A stretch of DNA of 64,000 nt from Trichinella spiralis (lineage: Eukaryota): NCBI RefSeq assembly GCF_000181795.1, contig NW_003526944.1:2345434-2409433 (forward strand), read 5' to 3'. Below the pieces are notes generated by a model, which did no database searches, had not been told where the DNA came from, and was given only the letters and a program-made list of their open reading frames with translations. Positions 40,794 through 54,233 of this stretch are shown here, piece by piece. The first letter of the stretch is position 1. Each line of letters starts with the position of its first letter. The position numbers and the translations under genes are program-made.

Positions 40794-43700
40794 TCAGAAA
40801 GTAAAGCTGAACGGTACATAATGGAAAGTATGATGGGAGACAAGAACGAAATAAATGCACAGGCAGCTGTTGATGATGAGTAGTATTGTCGATGCTTTCA
40901 GTTTCCCGCTTGAAGAAATGGATTCTGAAAGAAAATATTGAAAATAATATGAAATATTAAAAATAGCTTTTGCAAACTCTTACGCAATACAGAAGGCAGT
41001 ACGAGCGCAGTTTTTGATGATGGCCCATAACCACCAACATTGTAAGCCTTCACTGTTACAGTGTAGGCGGAAGTAGGTTTCACCGGGCCGAGTTTCATTT
41101 TGGGCGGAAAATCAAGACCGCTGTCGATGGGCAAGTCGAATACTCGTCTTTCCGTCTCCTTATATGAATTAGCAAAGGTAACCTTAAATGTAATTAGCAG
41201 TCGTTTAAAAAGCTTTTTTTGCTCGTTTATTGGATTTCGCAACTGTCATTTCATTCACCTGATAGCCGAGTATTTCGTCTTGTTCAAGAGCACGACGGGA
41301 CATGCGCCAGCCTACTGTAACGAAACCAATTTTATCCGCTGCACTGACGGAACAACAGATAGGTATATCGGATGGGGCTGAAAAAGCCGTTGAAACGTCA
41401 GTTTTCATATAAGAAAATAATAAAGGAATTGTGTACCTGGCCGGTAAGTTTTCACCAGGCTCAGACTGGATGCCGGCGCCTCTCCGGCACTATTGCTCGC
41501 TATTGCTGAAAAGGCATATTCCGTTTCGGCGGTCAGATTGCAAGCAGGCATCCCTTGCTTGAGCAAAATAAAGGGCGCCTTATGGAAATGTTTGCTATTG
41601 GGATCGGCGCTTGCCCAGTAAAAGATTTCAAACCAGTCAACTGGCTCACACTGATTCACTATCACTTTGTCGACCAGATAAAGCTGGACGCACGTAGCAT
41701 TCAGTGCCTTTGCATCTACACGGTACACGGAAGATGGTTCTAAAATATTATTACATCAATAATAATAATAATGTGTGTAATGAATTTTTTATTTGAAAAA
41801 TTACTTTTTACAACAGGTATGGCATAAACCGGAAGTGTGTTTGGTCCTTCACCGTAATTATTATATGGACGAATATATAGCTGAAATAATTTGAATGGTA
41901 ATAAAGTTATGTTAATTATTTTCTTATTTTATTACTTCATATCTTTTGCAAGGTACTGTTTCATTTGTTTGAACAGTATATGAGAGATTGATGAGCGTAG
42001 AATTTGTGGTGGCAGGCAGTTTTTCAGTTTGCGTATTTCTGAAATCACCAACTGGCCGCCATTCCAAAATATATCCTAACGAACTGTCTCCCCAGAGATG
42101 TTTCGGCAGCATCTTTAAATATAAAAACGACATTTAAGTAAAATGTTAAACGGAGTTAAGCACAGGTTTACCTTCCATTGGATAGTGATTTGGCTGGTGT
42201 GGTATACTTGTGCACTGAGTTGCACATCTTCAATAACACTTGGTGGACCTGGAGCAGTTTCTGTCCAAGGTGTGGCGTCACTGGCATCGCTCCATCCGAT
42301 TGAATTAGCTGCTCGAACACGGAAGCGGTATTTATTGAATGGCAGTATATCTCTTTCTACAGTTGTTTCATTTAAATTCCATCGAATATCTGAAATATCA
42401 TTTGAAGAAACAGAATTTGAATCGTATAATATGCGTGAGATAGGGAAGCTTACCATCTTTGACAATTTTCCAACCTTCAGCGTAAGTAGTTTTGCTTTCG
42501 ACGCGAAATTTCGAAATAGGGAGAGTCCTCTTTTCTTGTTCATTTGGAATTTTCCACCTCAAGTATATTCTGCTATTGGCTTGCGGTTGAGCAATGACTT
42601 CAATTGGAGCAAGTGGAGCACCTGAAAAGTTGAAATATACATTAAATATATGATACATAGGAAAATTTTTATTTTATTTTTTCCTTACCTTCAACAGTCA
42701 CTTCAGAAGAAGCACTGGCAGTCCAAAGCGGTAGAATAGGTACGTGACATGAATAATTTCCGTGGTGAAGCAGACTTATTGGAGATATTGTAAGTTGCGT
42801 CCCACTTCCGGGAAGAGGGAGCAGCGTTGCGGAGTTGAACTGTCTGAGCTGTTCTATTGGATATCCGTTGAATGACCACCACGGAGCAATTTCTGCCGTC
42901 GAACCGGCATTATTAGTCCAAGCATATTTGCAAGACAACGTAAGATTTTGACCAACAAGTACATGCTTGTTTGCTGGACGTATGCGAATATAAAAATCGT
43001 CTGAAATGTTAAATTTCTTATAACAATTAATGTAGTGGTTGAAAAATGAACAGGTAGGAGAAAACAGTAATTCAAATATCATACGGTAAACGACTAGTCG
43101 AAAGCGTTGGATTATTCCCGCTTGACGATAGGCAATACGACATTCATAGACTGTGTCGGAATCTCGTTTAGTTACGTTCTTGATTGTCAATAAATCACCA
43201 GCTTTTGATAGCGACAACCTTTGGTCATACTGTAGCGCGGATTTTCCAACAATCCACTGTCCACGGCTTGACCAGTGCCCTGTACGATCTGCACAGCGTA
43301 AAATCTGAAATATTCGTGAAATGTGTGCTTATTCTATCAAAAAAATCAAAAATAATTCATGAGACATCCCGAAACGTTTTGCCATTACAAAATGCATGTT
43401 ATTAAAAGAGTAATTTTACAGTAGTACGGACAGTTATTAAATTAATTTTACAAAAGTAATGCTTTATTATAATTTTTAAGCATTTTGTAATAATATTCTA
43501 AATGGAATTTTTATTATTTTTTTGTTATTACTTTAAAGTTAAAAATTATGCACGTAAGATTTAAAACCATTTATTATAAAATAAACATGCTAATCAAGAA
43601 TCACTTTATTTAATGAATAATTATTTATATTAACAAATTACTGCATAGACGATTAATTTTAACCTGAAAATCAAAATACGGTATTACACAGTTTTTTCAG

Positions 43701-46700
43701 AATTGATCGGTATGAAATTTTAATTTTTGCTACGTATTTTTGCGAAACGTAATCTTAGAAGCAAATCATCGTTCATTACGACAAAACTGATTCAGGTAAG
43801 ATGAATTTTTTTCCACATCAGTTAACACTGTGTCGAAAGCAATTTCATTAGATGAATTCAATTATGAGCTGAAATGGCTACGATAAGTTATCTCATGTAG
43901 GAAAATTATTCTTTCATGTGTTGCCTTTACATAAATAATTTTAAAATTATTCCATTATTCTTCAATTTGCTTTGTTATCACTGCAATTGCAGTTATTACG
44001 CCAGTGCTGTGTAGCGTGGTTAATTCTATCGACTGGTGTTTTTTATAAAGTGTAATTCTTATCTCTGGAGAAATTGAACGCATGTTTGTTTTTTTATAGA
44101 AATGTGTTAAGCATGTTTGAATTTTACAATATTCCAATGAATACAACTTAGATCCATTTAAGAGATTTAAAGATAGAAGACAATTTCTTACCGCATCAGA
44201 ATTTTCTAATACGTGAAAGTCTTTGTGAAATTCTCGCCATTTAATTTTGTCTGGTGTTTGTCTTACGTACAGTTCTGTAGTGAGTATGTCTTGACCGAAT
44301 TGATTGAATGCTAAGCATTGATAAATGCCAGAGTCTTCTTCACGAAGGTGTTTAATTTGAAGTCTAAGTATTATTTTGTGTTATTTGGTATTTGCTCAGT
44401 GTTCGCTATAGTTACCTGTTCTTATCAATTAAGATCCTCTTTCGGTCTTCTTGAGGCAATAATAGTGAGTTAAAGGCAGTGCCATTTTTCAACCATTCAT
44501 AATGCACTTCAGGTTTGCCGGTTGCTTCACACCACAGAGTCCAAGTTTTTCCTTTTTCTTCTACATAATTTTCTGTTGTTGAGCTAATCTTTGGAGAAGC
44601 TGAAGTAATGAAATAATAGTTTTCTCTTTTCATTTAAATAAATAAATATATCCAGTACCGAATACTTCCAAACGCACTTCTTTGGACACTGAACCATATT
44701 CATTGTCTGCAATACATCGGTATATGCCACTATGTTGTACAGTGGCGTTTAGTATACGCAATTGACGAGAAAAGCTGCGAAATTGAACTGTCTGCTTGTC
44801 CATCGGTTTGTCTACACGTATCCATTGATACGTTGGACTTGGTCGGCCAAATGCGAAGCATTCTAACACAATTTCTTTTCCTTCTAACGCCTGATTTGAT
44901 TGCCACACTCTGGGCAACTCTCGAGGAAAATACGGAGAAAATCCATCCTGAGATGGGTCTTGAAAAAACAATATGTATATATTTAATCCATTCGCATGTG
45001 TTTTGATTTTTCTTACAAGTTTCTGATTTGGTTCTGAGTCGGAAGAAGGGACCGTAGTGTCCAGTTTGGAGTTCGGAAATGAGTAAACTGCATGCGTATT
45101 GTTCTTCATCGGCTTTGGTATAATAAGAGAAATACAGTGTACCATCTTTTGCCGTGAAGATGCGTTCTGATTCTTGCAAGAACATATTTGATGTTTTGTA
45201 CAACCACGCATAAGAGGCCGACACTGAAATTTTGCCAGTTAAAAACGAATTATTACACAGAATTAGAATAGATGTAGATTGAACCTGGATAATGGTTAGG
45301 CGCTAGGCAGGGTACTTGACGGCCTTTACCTTCTACAGCGAATACGTCAAGTCTACTGGTTGGAAATGGATGAACATCTTAAAGACAATCAGAATTGAAT
45401 AAACACAAATATACATTCCTCTGGAAACATGCCATCATCTTACATGCTGTTCGTACTGATGCTTTTCGACTAACCACTGTGCCGTAATGATTTTTCACTT
45501 TGCAAAAGTAACTTCCCACGTCCTTATTGGACACATTTCTGATGTACAGTTCGCCTTCTATTTGGGTAATACGTGAATCCATTGCCGAATGAATCTTAAA
45601 GAATGACTTGTTATTTCTTCTGCTACGGTGGCTTTTATTTTAAATTTTAATACAGTAAGAAAAGCAATGAATAAATATAATGTTTGCTTACTGGTCCTCC
45701 AGATCCGCGATGCCAAGAATAGATCGGCTTATGTGCAATGTGTGGATTGTATTCAGCTTCACACTTCAAACGCACTGTTTGAGTTGGTATATCCAAAAAA
45801 AATAAGCTATCTTCAGGTTGATGGATTAGCTTTGGTGCGGCAAATAGTGGGAGAAAATTCAGTTTTGCTTCATCTAAACATATCAATAAAACAGCATGAT
45901 TTTGAGTATCAGAAAATAGCTTCAGTTATGCTCACTTTCGTCTTTTTTGCTTACTGCAAGTCCATGTTTTTGTTCTTTCAGTGAGAATTTGCAAGAGTAA
46001 TGCTTTAGTGAATGTTTTTGAGATTTCAAAATTTGTTCAATTTTTTGCGTTTCTTTGAAACTTTTTTCCTTAGAATCCCATTGAACTACCTGAAATTGAC
46101 GAAAGCGTGTATTTTTTTTGGAAATATGAAATTTGCTTTAATTTGGCAATTTACTTTTGCCATTTGGTCGAACATGTTGCCAAATGTGAGCAAATTTTGG
46201 CATCGTTGCAAGGCGTTTTGCTTGTCTAGCAGATCAGGTAAAAAGCGAAAACAGTCGGTGCCATTTTCACGCCATCCTTTAGGACATGTGAAAGGATGCC
46301 CTAAAATGTTGCAGAATGACCGATTCATTAGCAATCAGTGAATTTTTATTCAGTGTTTGAAATTTGCTGATTAATATTAGCGACTGATGTTAGTTAACAT
46401 TTGGTAAATTAGACAACTATTTTCAAAATTTCAAGCTTTTCATATTTGGGTTTGCTTTGAACTCATTGAAGCATATCTCATCAGTGCGTGGTTTGTTTAA
46501 GCATTGCATAACAGAACAATTCTCTTGGTGGTGCGTTTCTGAGCTTCAGTGGCAGACACATGGGCATGTTGGCAAGATCCAAATTTATCCTTGCAACTCC
46601 AGTTGGCAAACAATCATGACATTGAAATGCAGGTCTCTTTTGACACATGTCAGATGATTTGGATAAGCAGTGATGAATAATTTTCTTTCCATGCTATGTT

Positions 46701-47262
46701 CTGTGCTTGGTTATTTAACAATGGAAAGGACGTAAATTGATATTTTTCGGCAATATTGTTTTTAATGTCAATACTCTTTATGTCAGCAGTCTCAATATCA
46801 CATCCCCCACAGCAAGTTCGATATTGTTTCTAGCTGGGGATTTGGGAATGGGATGCGGGGGGGGGGGGAGAGATGGATAAATTTAGATTCATGTTCATTG
46901 CATGCATTTTGCAGTAGTAGAAACGTCCAGTTAGTTTTGGATGAATGATTTAAGAAATTGAACACTTCTAATATTGGTTGACAATATTCACACAGCTACC
47001 GTAAAGCACCTGCTTTTCGACTGTGACTGCTTCGATGCACATTTGATATTCTATCGACCGGAATGAAAAAGTCTCAAGATTCAATCAAGTGAAAACAAAA
47101 CGCTTAACAGATTTAGCATTGACTAATAGTTGATTTGAACATTTCCGAAATGATCGAATAAATAACAAAGAACTTACATATTTGCCTAGCTGATGTCGAC
47201 TGACCAAACAGCAGCTGCAATACGATCACAACCATAATCGATGCACTCCGATAGAGGTTCAT
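40794..47262 (-). CDS. rig-6: Contactin (rig-6-like): signal peptide, short C-type-lectin-like segment, 6 Ig and 4 FN3 domains, hydrophobic GPI-type tail
   Basis: Exon 47262-47178 encodes signal peptide MNLYRSASIMVVIVLQLLFGQSTSA. Next comes CPKGWRENGTDCFRF, six Ig units (C..W..DxGxYxC-type) and four FN3 units (e.g. YRFRVRAANSIGWS, YTVTVKAYNVGGYGP). The last exon is hydrophobic (STILLIINSCLCIYFVLV..F*), assuming the phase-1 GTAAG donor. Confidence 0.88.
46836..46868 (+). other. G-quadruplex motif with G12 tract in contactin intron 1
   Basis: GGGG-ATTT-GGG-AAT-GGG-ATGC-G12 fits G3+N1-7 x4. Confidence 0.7.
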
Positions 47263-49617
47263 TTTTTTTGAAAATTTTCTCTTTTGCTGTACTTTTCAAA
47301 AGCAGGGTTGAAGCCACATTCCGCATCCGATTTGCACGGCACTGCGCATTCTGTAAATAAGAAAAATGAATTGGAATGCACTAAGCAAGAACAAGTATAA
47401 GGAACAGTGAGAAATCTGTTGAATTGTCCACAAAGCGAATCGATCAACGTTTTGCATTTTCTGATAATTCGACATTTAGCATAGGTTTATTTAATTCTGG
47501 ACCCCCTGTCCGTACCTTAAGCAGAAACGGAAATTGTTGAATCGATGTTTCAGATTGCAGTTCTAAATGCAGCTAAAATCTCTCATGCTTTCTGCATATC
47601 CGTATGAGTGACGATATGGAATTAGATTTTTGGTAGAAAAAATATTGTCGTGGATATATAGTTTTGTTATATATATTATATATATGCATGCATATGCAGT
47701 GCAGTATATATAAGTATATTTGACTGGACAGTGGCGATCCAATTCTCACACCTGAAGTGGCCAGGCTAAATTGACAGCGACCTGTCAAGTACTGATTTGT
47801 CAACGTCTTGATTATATCACAGGCCGTCCCTTTGGGTCGGATCGATCGCCACATCATTGTTCACAAAGAATGAATAACGGTGATGCAGAAAATTGGTCCT
47901 TGGGGAACTTGACCGTCGTATATGGTTGTACCTTATACGCTGATTGGTTGATTGAAAAGCTTTTCCAATCACCGGTCACTTTTGCATACAACTGGGTTGA
48001 ACTTTTACACAACGAGACAAACATAAAAACACTAGTACTTGACCTTATACACAAACAAACAAAATATGCTTGTTGACTTAAAATTTTACTGAATGGTCTT
48101 TCAGTTGATTGAAAATTGAAAATTTTTTAAAATCTATTTGATTTTTTGAAAATAATTCTTTTAACCTCTTGACTAGCAGCTATTTTTTCAAAAATATGAA
48201 AGGGGGTAATGTAATAAATACTCCAGAAAGAATTCGTGTAATCAATTTATAGAATTCAAAAATTTTATGAAATTTGTGCAGTTTATGTTTTTTCTTACAT
48301 TTTATTTATATAATATTGAAATTGATTTTTCATCTACATCTATTGTTGTCGGTTGCTTTAGTGTAAAGCAACACTTGCATTTTGAAATTAACTAACAAAA
48401 TGAATTCACGCTGACACTTTTATAATTAAATCAAAGGTAAATAAATGAGCAATGAATGGAAAAAAAAGAATAATATTTTCCAGATTTTGATGTATGCGTA
48501 CATTTTGTATCCAATAATTATATAGCTTGTTTGAAATTCAGTGCTGAAAATTTGTGAACAAAATTTCAACTATGCGCTCTTTCAAATTCTCTCGTTTGCT
48601 ATGATGAATTATTGAAATAATACTGCTCTGATATCGTTTGTGCTTTATGCAGCAATTATTTTGCACTTGCAGGTGAACAAATGAATCGTATTTTGTGGCG
48701 CTGTTGGGTTCAGTTGAGCAAATTTTTTTTTCTTGACTTCTGCATCTGCTTAAATTGACAATATTCTAAATGAAGTGCAGTCGCTTTAGGAATGCTTTAT
48801 TGCGCGAGTGTATTAATATTGTTGAAAATTTAAATTACTTTTAAATATCGAAAAATGAATGTCAGAATAGTTCAGAAATGGCAAGTTTGTTTTGCTTTGG
48901 AATTCTTACATTGAATGAATGATCAGTATGAAAGGTAGTAATGGTAATGATAGTAATAATAATACGAAGACTGAATTGACAGGTGAATTTCAAGCAAAAG
49001 TTCACATGTTAAATTACAACCGGTGTCGAATATGAAGATGTTTTCATTTTGTCACAGGACGATGATCAATTTACCTATTGCAGAAGTTTTACTTCTACCG
49101 CTGATGTATTTGATTTAATGTCACGCTGATTTTTCCACCTACCCCTCCCATACCCCCCGCTTGACGGTCCGCATGCACTGTCCACTGTTTGCTTTCTGTC
49201 GATCACATTTCTCAGACAATTTTCAAACAGTAGAAAAAGGTGCAGCAGTGATAAATGATTTGATTTGACAATCTGCTATCAGGCAGGTGGCAAAAAATTT
49301 TTTTGTTCGAAATTTCCGTTTCTTCATATCTCTTCTCTTCTATTTGCACACAGTTGTTTCAGTGGAAAATTTTCTCGGTATATAATTGGCCAGACAACGA
49401 TATTTCATTCTACACATATTCATAAGTTGTATTATGGAAAGAGTATGGATTTTTGCATTATTATTCTACACCAGTTATTGAGCTGAACGCTTTTGAAAAA
49501 GCGCTAACTAATCTGGGCAACATTTCACACCAAACTATTCGACATTCTTTGTCAATAATATGGCTAAAAATGGCTTGGACTTTTTTTTGCTGTTGATGAA
49601 ACCATTTTAAGCTGTGC

Positions 49618-49674
<57 letters not shown>
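49618..49674. repeat. (TAT)n microsatellite, about 19 copies
   Basis: Read directly from the sequence. Confidence 0.97.
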
Positions 49675-49675
<1 letters not shown>

Positions 49676-52600
49676 AAGCAATGAATGAACAAAACATGCC
49701 GCCTGGTAGGAGGAGTACATTTATTTGAAAAGGCATTAAATTTTCGAATTTATTATTCTTTTTCCAAGTTTATTTTATGAATGAAATTCGTTAAAAAAAA
49801 ATTTTTTTTTCTATTGTCAGATAATTAAGTGAAAAAAATTTGAATAGCATCGAAATTAATTGAAAATGCAAAGAAATTCTGGAAGTGTTAATTTGTAGAA
49901 TAGAAGGTTTGCACGACCGGCCTTCTCCGTTGGTGGAAAAAGAATAGCAGTAATTTAACTTATTAAAAATTTCACTTTCACTTTTAAATTATTGTTCTAT
50001 TGAATTTTCGAGAATATCTGTTATAATGGCAAATTAAATTAAAATGATTACTTCGAAATCAATTTTTTTCTCATTTTCTTTTCTGAGCGGATTTGGATTG
50101 CAATAATTCTCCTTCATATATCATTCATATTATTTTTTGTGTCCACTGATTGGTTCGGTCGAGTACAAGCAAATAGAAATTAAAAAGACAAGTTCTTTTG
50201 AATGTTGTTTGGTAATTTGTATTTGTCTGTGCAGAAGAGAATCTAGAAATTGAAATTCGTATGTTTTGCAATGACAAGAAAAGCCTGATCATCCGTCGAG
50301 TAATGCGGTTGATTGGAATTTTGACAGAAAAAAACACCTAGTCTACTGAGTGAAGTTTCAGCCTCCCCTTAACTTCAGCTAATGATATGAATTTGATATA
50401 TTCAAGCTGTGCTATATAGTTTTGCTATTTCGTAATCACGAGTTAGTCTCAAAGCTGTGGTTTTTTTATAATGCTTTCACTTCTGTCATTTTTAATAGCT
50501 GAATTGTCAATATGTTTGTTCAGTGGAACGTATTCGGTATCATCATTGCGCTCTATTTTCTCTCAATCAGCCTAGTAGAGGACGGTTTTTGCGCTCTGAT
50601 TAGACGATGCTGAAACATGAAGCTAAGAAAAGCCGAATGAAAATTCCATTCTGATAAATCGCTTGCTTTGCATTCTTTGTGTACACTCTTAACTGTCTCC
50701 TAATGGGATTTGCAATGTTGCAGGATTTCTCTAAGACTATTGCTACTGCTGTTAATAATAATAATTATTATTATTATTGCATATTGTCAAATTACAGAAA
50801 AGAAAATTCTTCAGAGAATTCAGTGCAAGTTGATCAGTAGTGTAAATGATATATTGCGGCAATTATTATTATTTGTCCAGTTTTCTGTGATAGAGTGCAG
50901 TTAGTTATTTGATCAAAATGCAAAAGCACAAGTTGGTAATGATGAACATTCAAATCAAACTAGTACAAGGTGAATAAAGTGAATAAAGTGAAGCTTACTT
51001 TTTTGGTGAAAAATTCACCGAAGATGTATGTATATGAACCACTGTGCAGCTGCTTCGTGTGAGTTCGACCTGTGCAAACAAGGCTACAATCGACCTCTTC
51101 GATGTAGGGAAATGTATTAATACTGACGCTGGATAGTTTTTACTGTTGACCTGAGTAATTGCAGCAAAGACAGTGGGAAAATAAACTGAAAAAATTCAGT
51201 CAACACAGAGAGAATGAAGTTGGCTTGGAAAAGTTGTTGACTATCTAGAAAATGAAATTATTATTAGTTGATTTGTAGAAATGTTATGTCTATATATATA
51301 CATATATAGATGATGTTTATGTGTATGAAAAAGAGAATAGAAAAAGCGGAGAAGAGGGACAGAACAAAAGAGTGAGAGAGACAGAGAGAGAGAGGGAGGG
51401 GGGGGGAGATTGAGAAAATGAAATTGGCAAGCAAGTGGGAAACGTTGAAAAGTGCAAATAGGGGGCGGTCGTGTGCGCTTGACAGCAGCAGCAGGAGCAG
51501 CAGCAGCGTTCAACTAGCCAGGTTGGCGTCTCCCCCAGGGATCCAATCGTAGCTGCTTATATTGGACAGTGCGTGGACTGGCGCCGATGGAACCGGGCGA
51601 CATCTTTGCATAGCATCTACATCGACCGGTCAGTATCTGGCTGATCGATCGGCCTCGACCTGCGCTTAAAATGCTTGGTTGCTTGTATGCTGCAGCACGA
51701 CCATTTCGGTTTGTCATTTCTGTTCATCGTTCACTTGATGCAGCTGTTTAGTGGAAGAACCCCCGGTGTAAGATAGAATCTTTTGCTCGGTCAAGTGCCG
51801 TCGGACAAAATGAGCACATCAGTCTGGTCCTTAATGCGCTTTTGAACTTCATCTAGATAAAAAAGCTTACCGCTAGCCGAGCAGCGTTAACTATTTTATT
51901 GTTATTCTTATTATAGTGTTTTTCTCATTTTTCTTTTGTCTGTGTTTTATCCAGTTTCTTTTATAATCTTCTTTTCTACTCCCATTTTGCTGATAACACA
52001 GCAATGCAACAAGGCGGTGAGATTGTGTGAGAAAATCCTTTTCACAATGCTTAATTTTGCTTTCTCATGGTAATTTGGAAAATTTTTTCAATTGAAACAT
52101 CATCACGTTCATATTATCATTTTCCGTTCGTCGACCGCTTTGGAATTTCACGCACGAATGTTGTCACAACATTCGCAACGTTTCCCACATGACAACTGAT
52201 CATCCCCACTGATGGATGCATACTTTTCCACCTGTTTCCGGTATTTGTGGTTTTCATATGAAAGTAATATTTAGTAAAAAGCAAAAATGGAATACTGTCC
52301 TTGCAAAAGCACATTAAAGCATCAGTCAACAACGAACCCTTATTAAGCTAAGCGGACACTGTCAGATCAGTGAATGAATGTCACTTTGCTTTGTTCAGTT
52401 GTGCATTTTTGTTTCGTGTTATTATTATTATTATTTTTCTTCATCTTCTTTCGGCATGCTGAATTTCCATGTTGACTCAACATATTAAGGTCAATCCTCT
52501 AAAGAGGCAGTATAACGCTTGTAAAGAAGGATTTGGACGAAATTGTTTAGCTAAGCTGCCTGAGCTTTTCTTTGAGCTCATAGCGATTTGTTTTCTTAAT

Positions 52601-54233
52601 TTTGTGTCATCTCTTTTTCATTTTTGGGTCAAAAGAAAAAATTTTTTTATGATTATATGGTTTTTTAATATAACAGAAATACAAAGTACGCGATTTCTTA
52701 TTGTTTCTTATTGTACAGTACATAGTATGTTAGGTTTGTGATTTGATGTAATTTTTTTTTATTTGAATTGTATATTCAATTTCAGTTCATATCTGCCGAG
52801 AATTGATTTAAATTTTATACAGGCACGAATGAATGAATAACATTTAATTTGTTTCAATAATTCAGTGGTGAAAATTGTGAATGCCTCACATTTGTGTAGA
52901 ACTTGAAAATCATTTATTCTCTGTACAACTATAGCAATGAAATTGTATAAATTGAATTTTTTTAATTTTCACAATATAACGTTATATTATTTACAATTGT
53001 TTATTATTTGATTTATTTGGTTTTGTTTGGAAATTTTATAATTATTAGAAATTCGTTTTATTGAGCGATAACGGTAAATGTATTAATCAAAAATAAGTAA
53101 TAATAGTTTTCTTAAAGTTTTATTACCCAGTGATGTGTGGATGAATTTGTTTTTCCGTTTCAGCAGTTATTAAATTAGTAATTTTAGTTTTTCTTTGGAA
53201 ATTGTAAACTGCTAACATATTTATGTACATTGATAAAAAATTTAGTCTCATTTTATATTGAATATATAATTTTCAAGATTAAATCATCAGGAAATTATTT
53301 ATTCATTTTCAAACTGTCAGTTCTTGACGCAGTTATCCAGTCAAGTAAGTGATAATGCTTTATTAATGTGATGACTTGTAAATTTTTAACGAATGCAGAA
53401 ATGTGTTTTTCTGAACGAATGCTTTTCGAAACAACATTTACTGGTTGCATCTAAGTTGCAATGAAAATTGCAGTACAATTTGTGTTAAGATAATGCTTTT
53501 CCGAGATGAGATAAAAATATGTGTTTCTTAATGTTTGACATTAATTTTTTATAAGTTTTTTTTGTATTCATTTTGCACGATGCAAACCTTATGCGCTGCG
53601 CGTGAGTTGGGATAGTGATTTCATATTTTCAGTTTGCTTTACTAATGGAAAAAATCGACCAAAAAGCAGTCGTTTTCATTTCGGCTAATAACGTGATCAA
53701 TAACAATTGCTCTGTTTAAGGATCTTTTCATTGATTTATATAATTGTTATTTAATATTATTCAAAATTTGGCCAGATCCTTTTCTTAGTCTAATTTATCA
53801 TTTCCATTCGAGAACGGTTGGCTTGCACTTGCATATTGTTTCCATCTTGCTTATCAATAGACACGTGCATAAAATTTGCATTTGCTTGCCAACTGTTTGC
53901 TTGCTAATAGATGATATGAAAGAGCCATTGTGGAATTGATAATAGAAACATTTCGGTTAAAAAGCATACTAATTTCCCTATAATTATTTGTAGAATTTTT
54001 ATTTATATTTTAGTATTAATTAATAATCGGAAATGTTTGTTCACCATAGGTAGTTTTGTATGGTAAATGAAATTTCAATGTCATATTCAGCAAAATGTCA
54101 GCAGTAATCAATCATATCTAGTAAAACAATGGATTAATTATTGATAGTTTATTTAAATGCACAGTGATTTTCAAATAATTTGAAACATTGGTTAAATGAT
54201 TTTGTTTTCAGGTATATTAGTTAGTTTGCTGCG

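Noticed and set aside
47259..47447. Cys-rich ORF (ECAVPCKSDAECG) as an extra contactin domain
   Set aside because: It stops at 47259, overlapping the signal-peptide ATG in another frame, so it is best read as 5' UTR.
50970..51024. Short direct repeat (GTGAATAAA) and small GGTGAA/TTCACC hairpin
   Set aside because: Too short, with no flanking element structure such as terminal repeats or a target-site duplication.
47500..54200. Short ORFs, tRNA or known miRNA candidates in the large intergenic region
   Set aside because: No chain of in-frame exons, no tRNA cloverleaf and no match to conserved miRNA or SL sequences I could recall. This was a manual scan only, so Rfam/miRBase searches are still needed.
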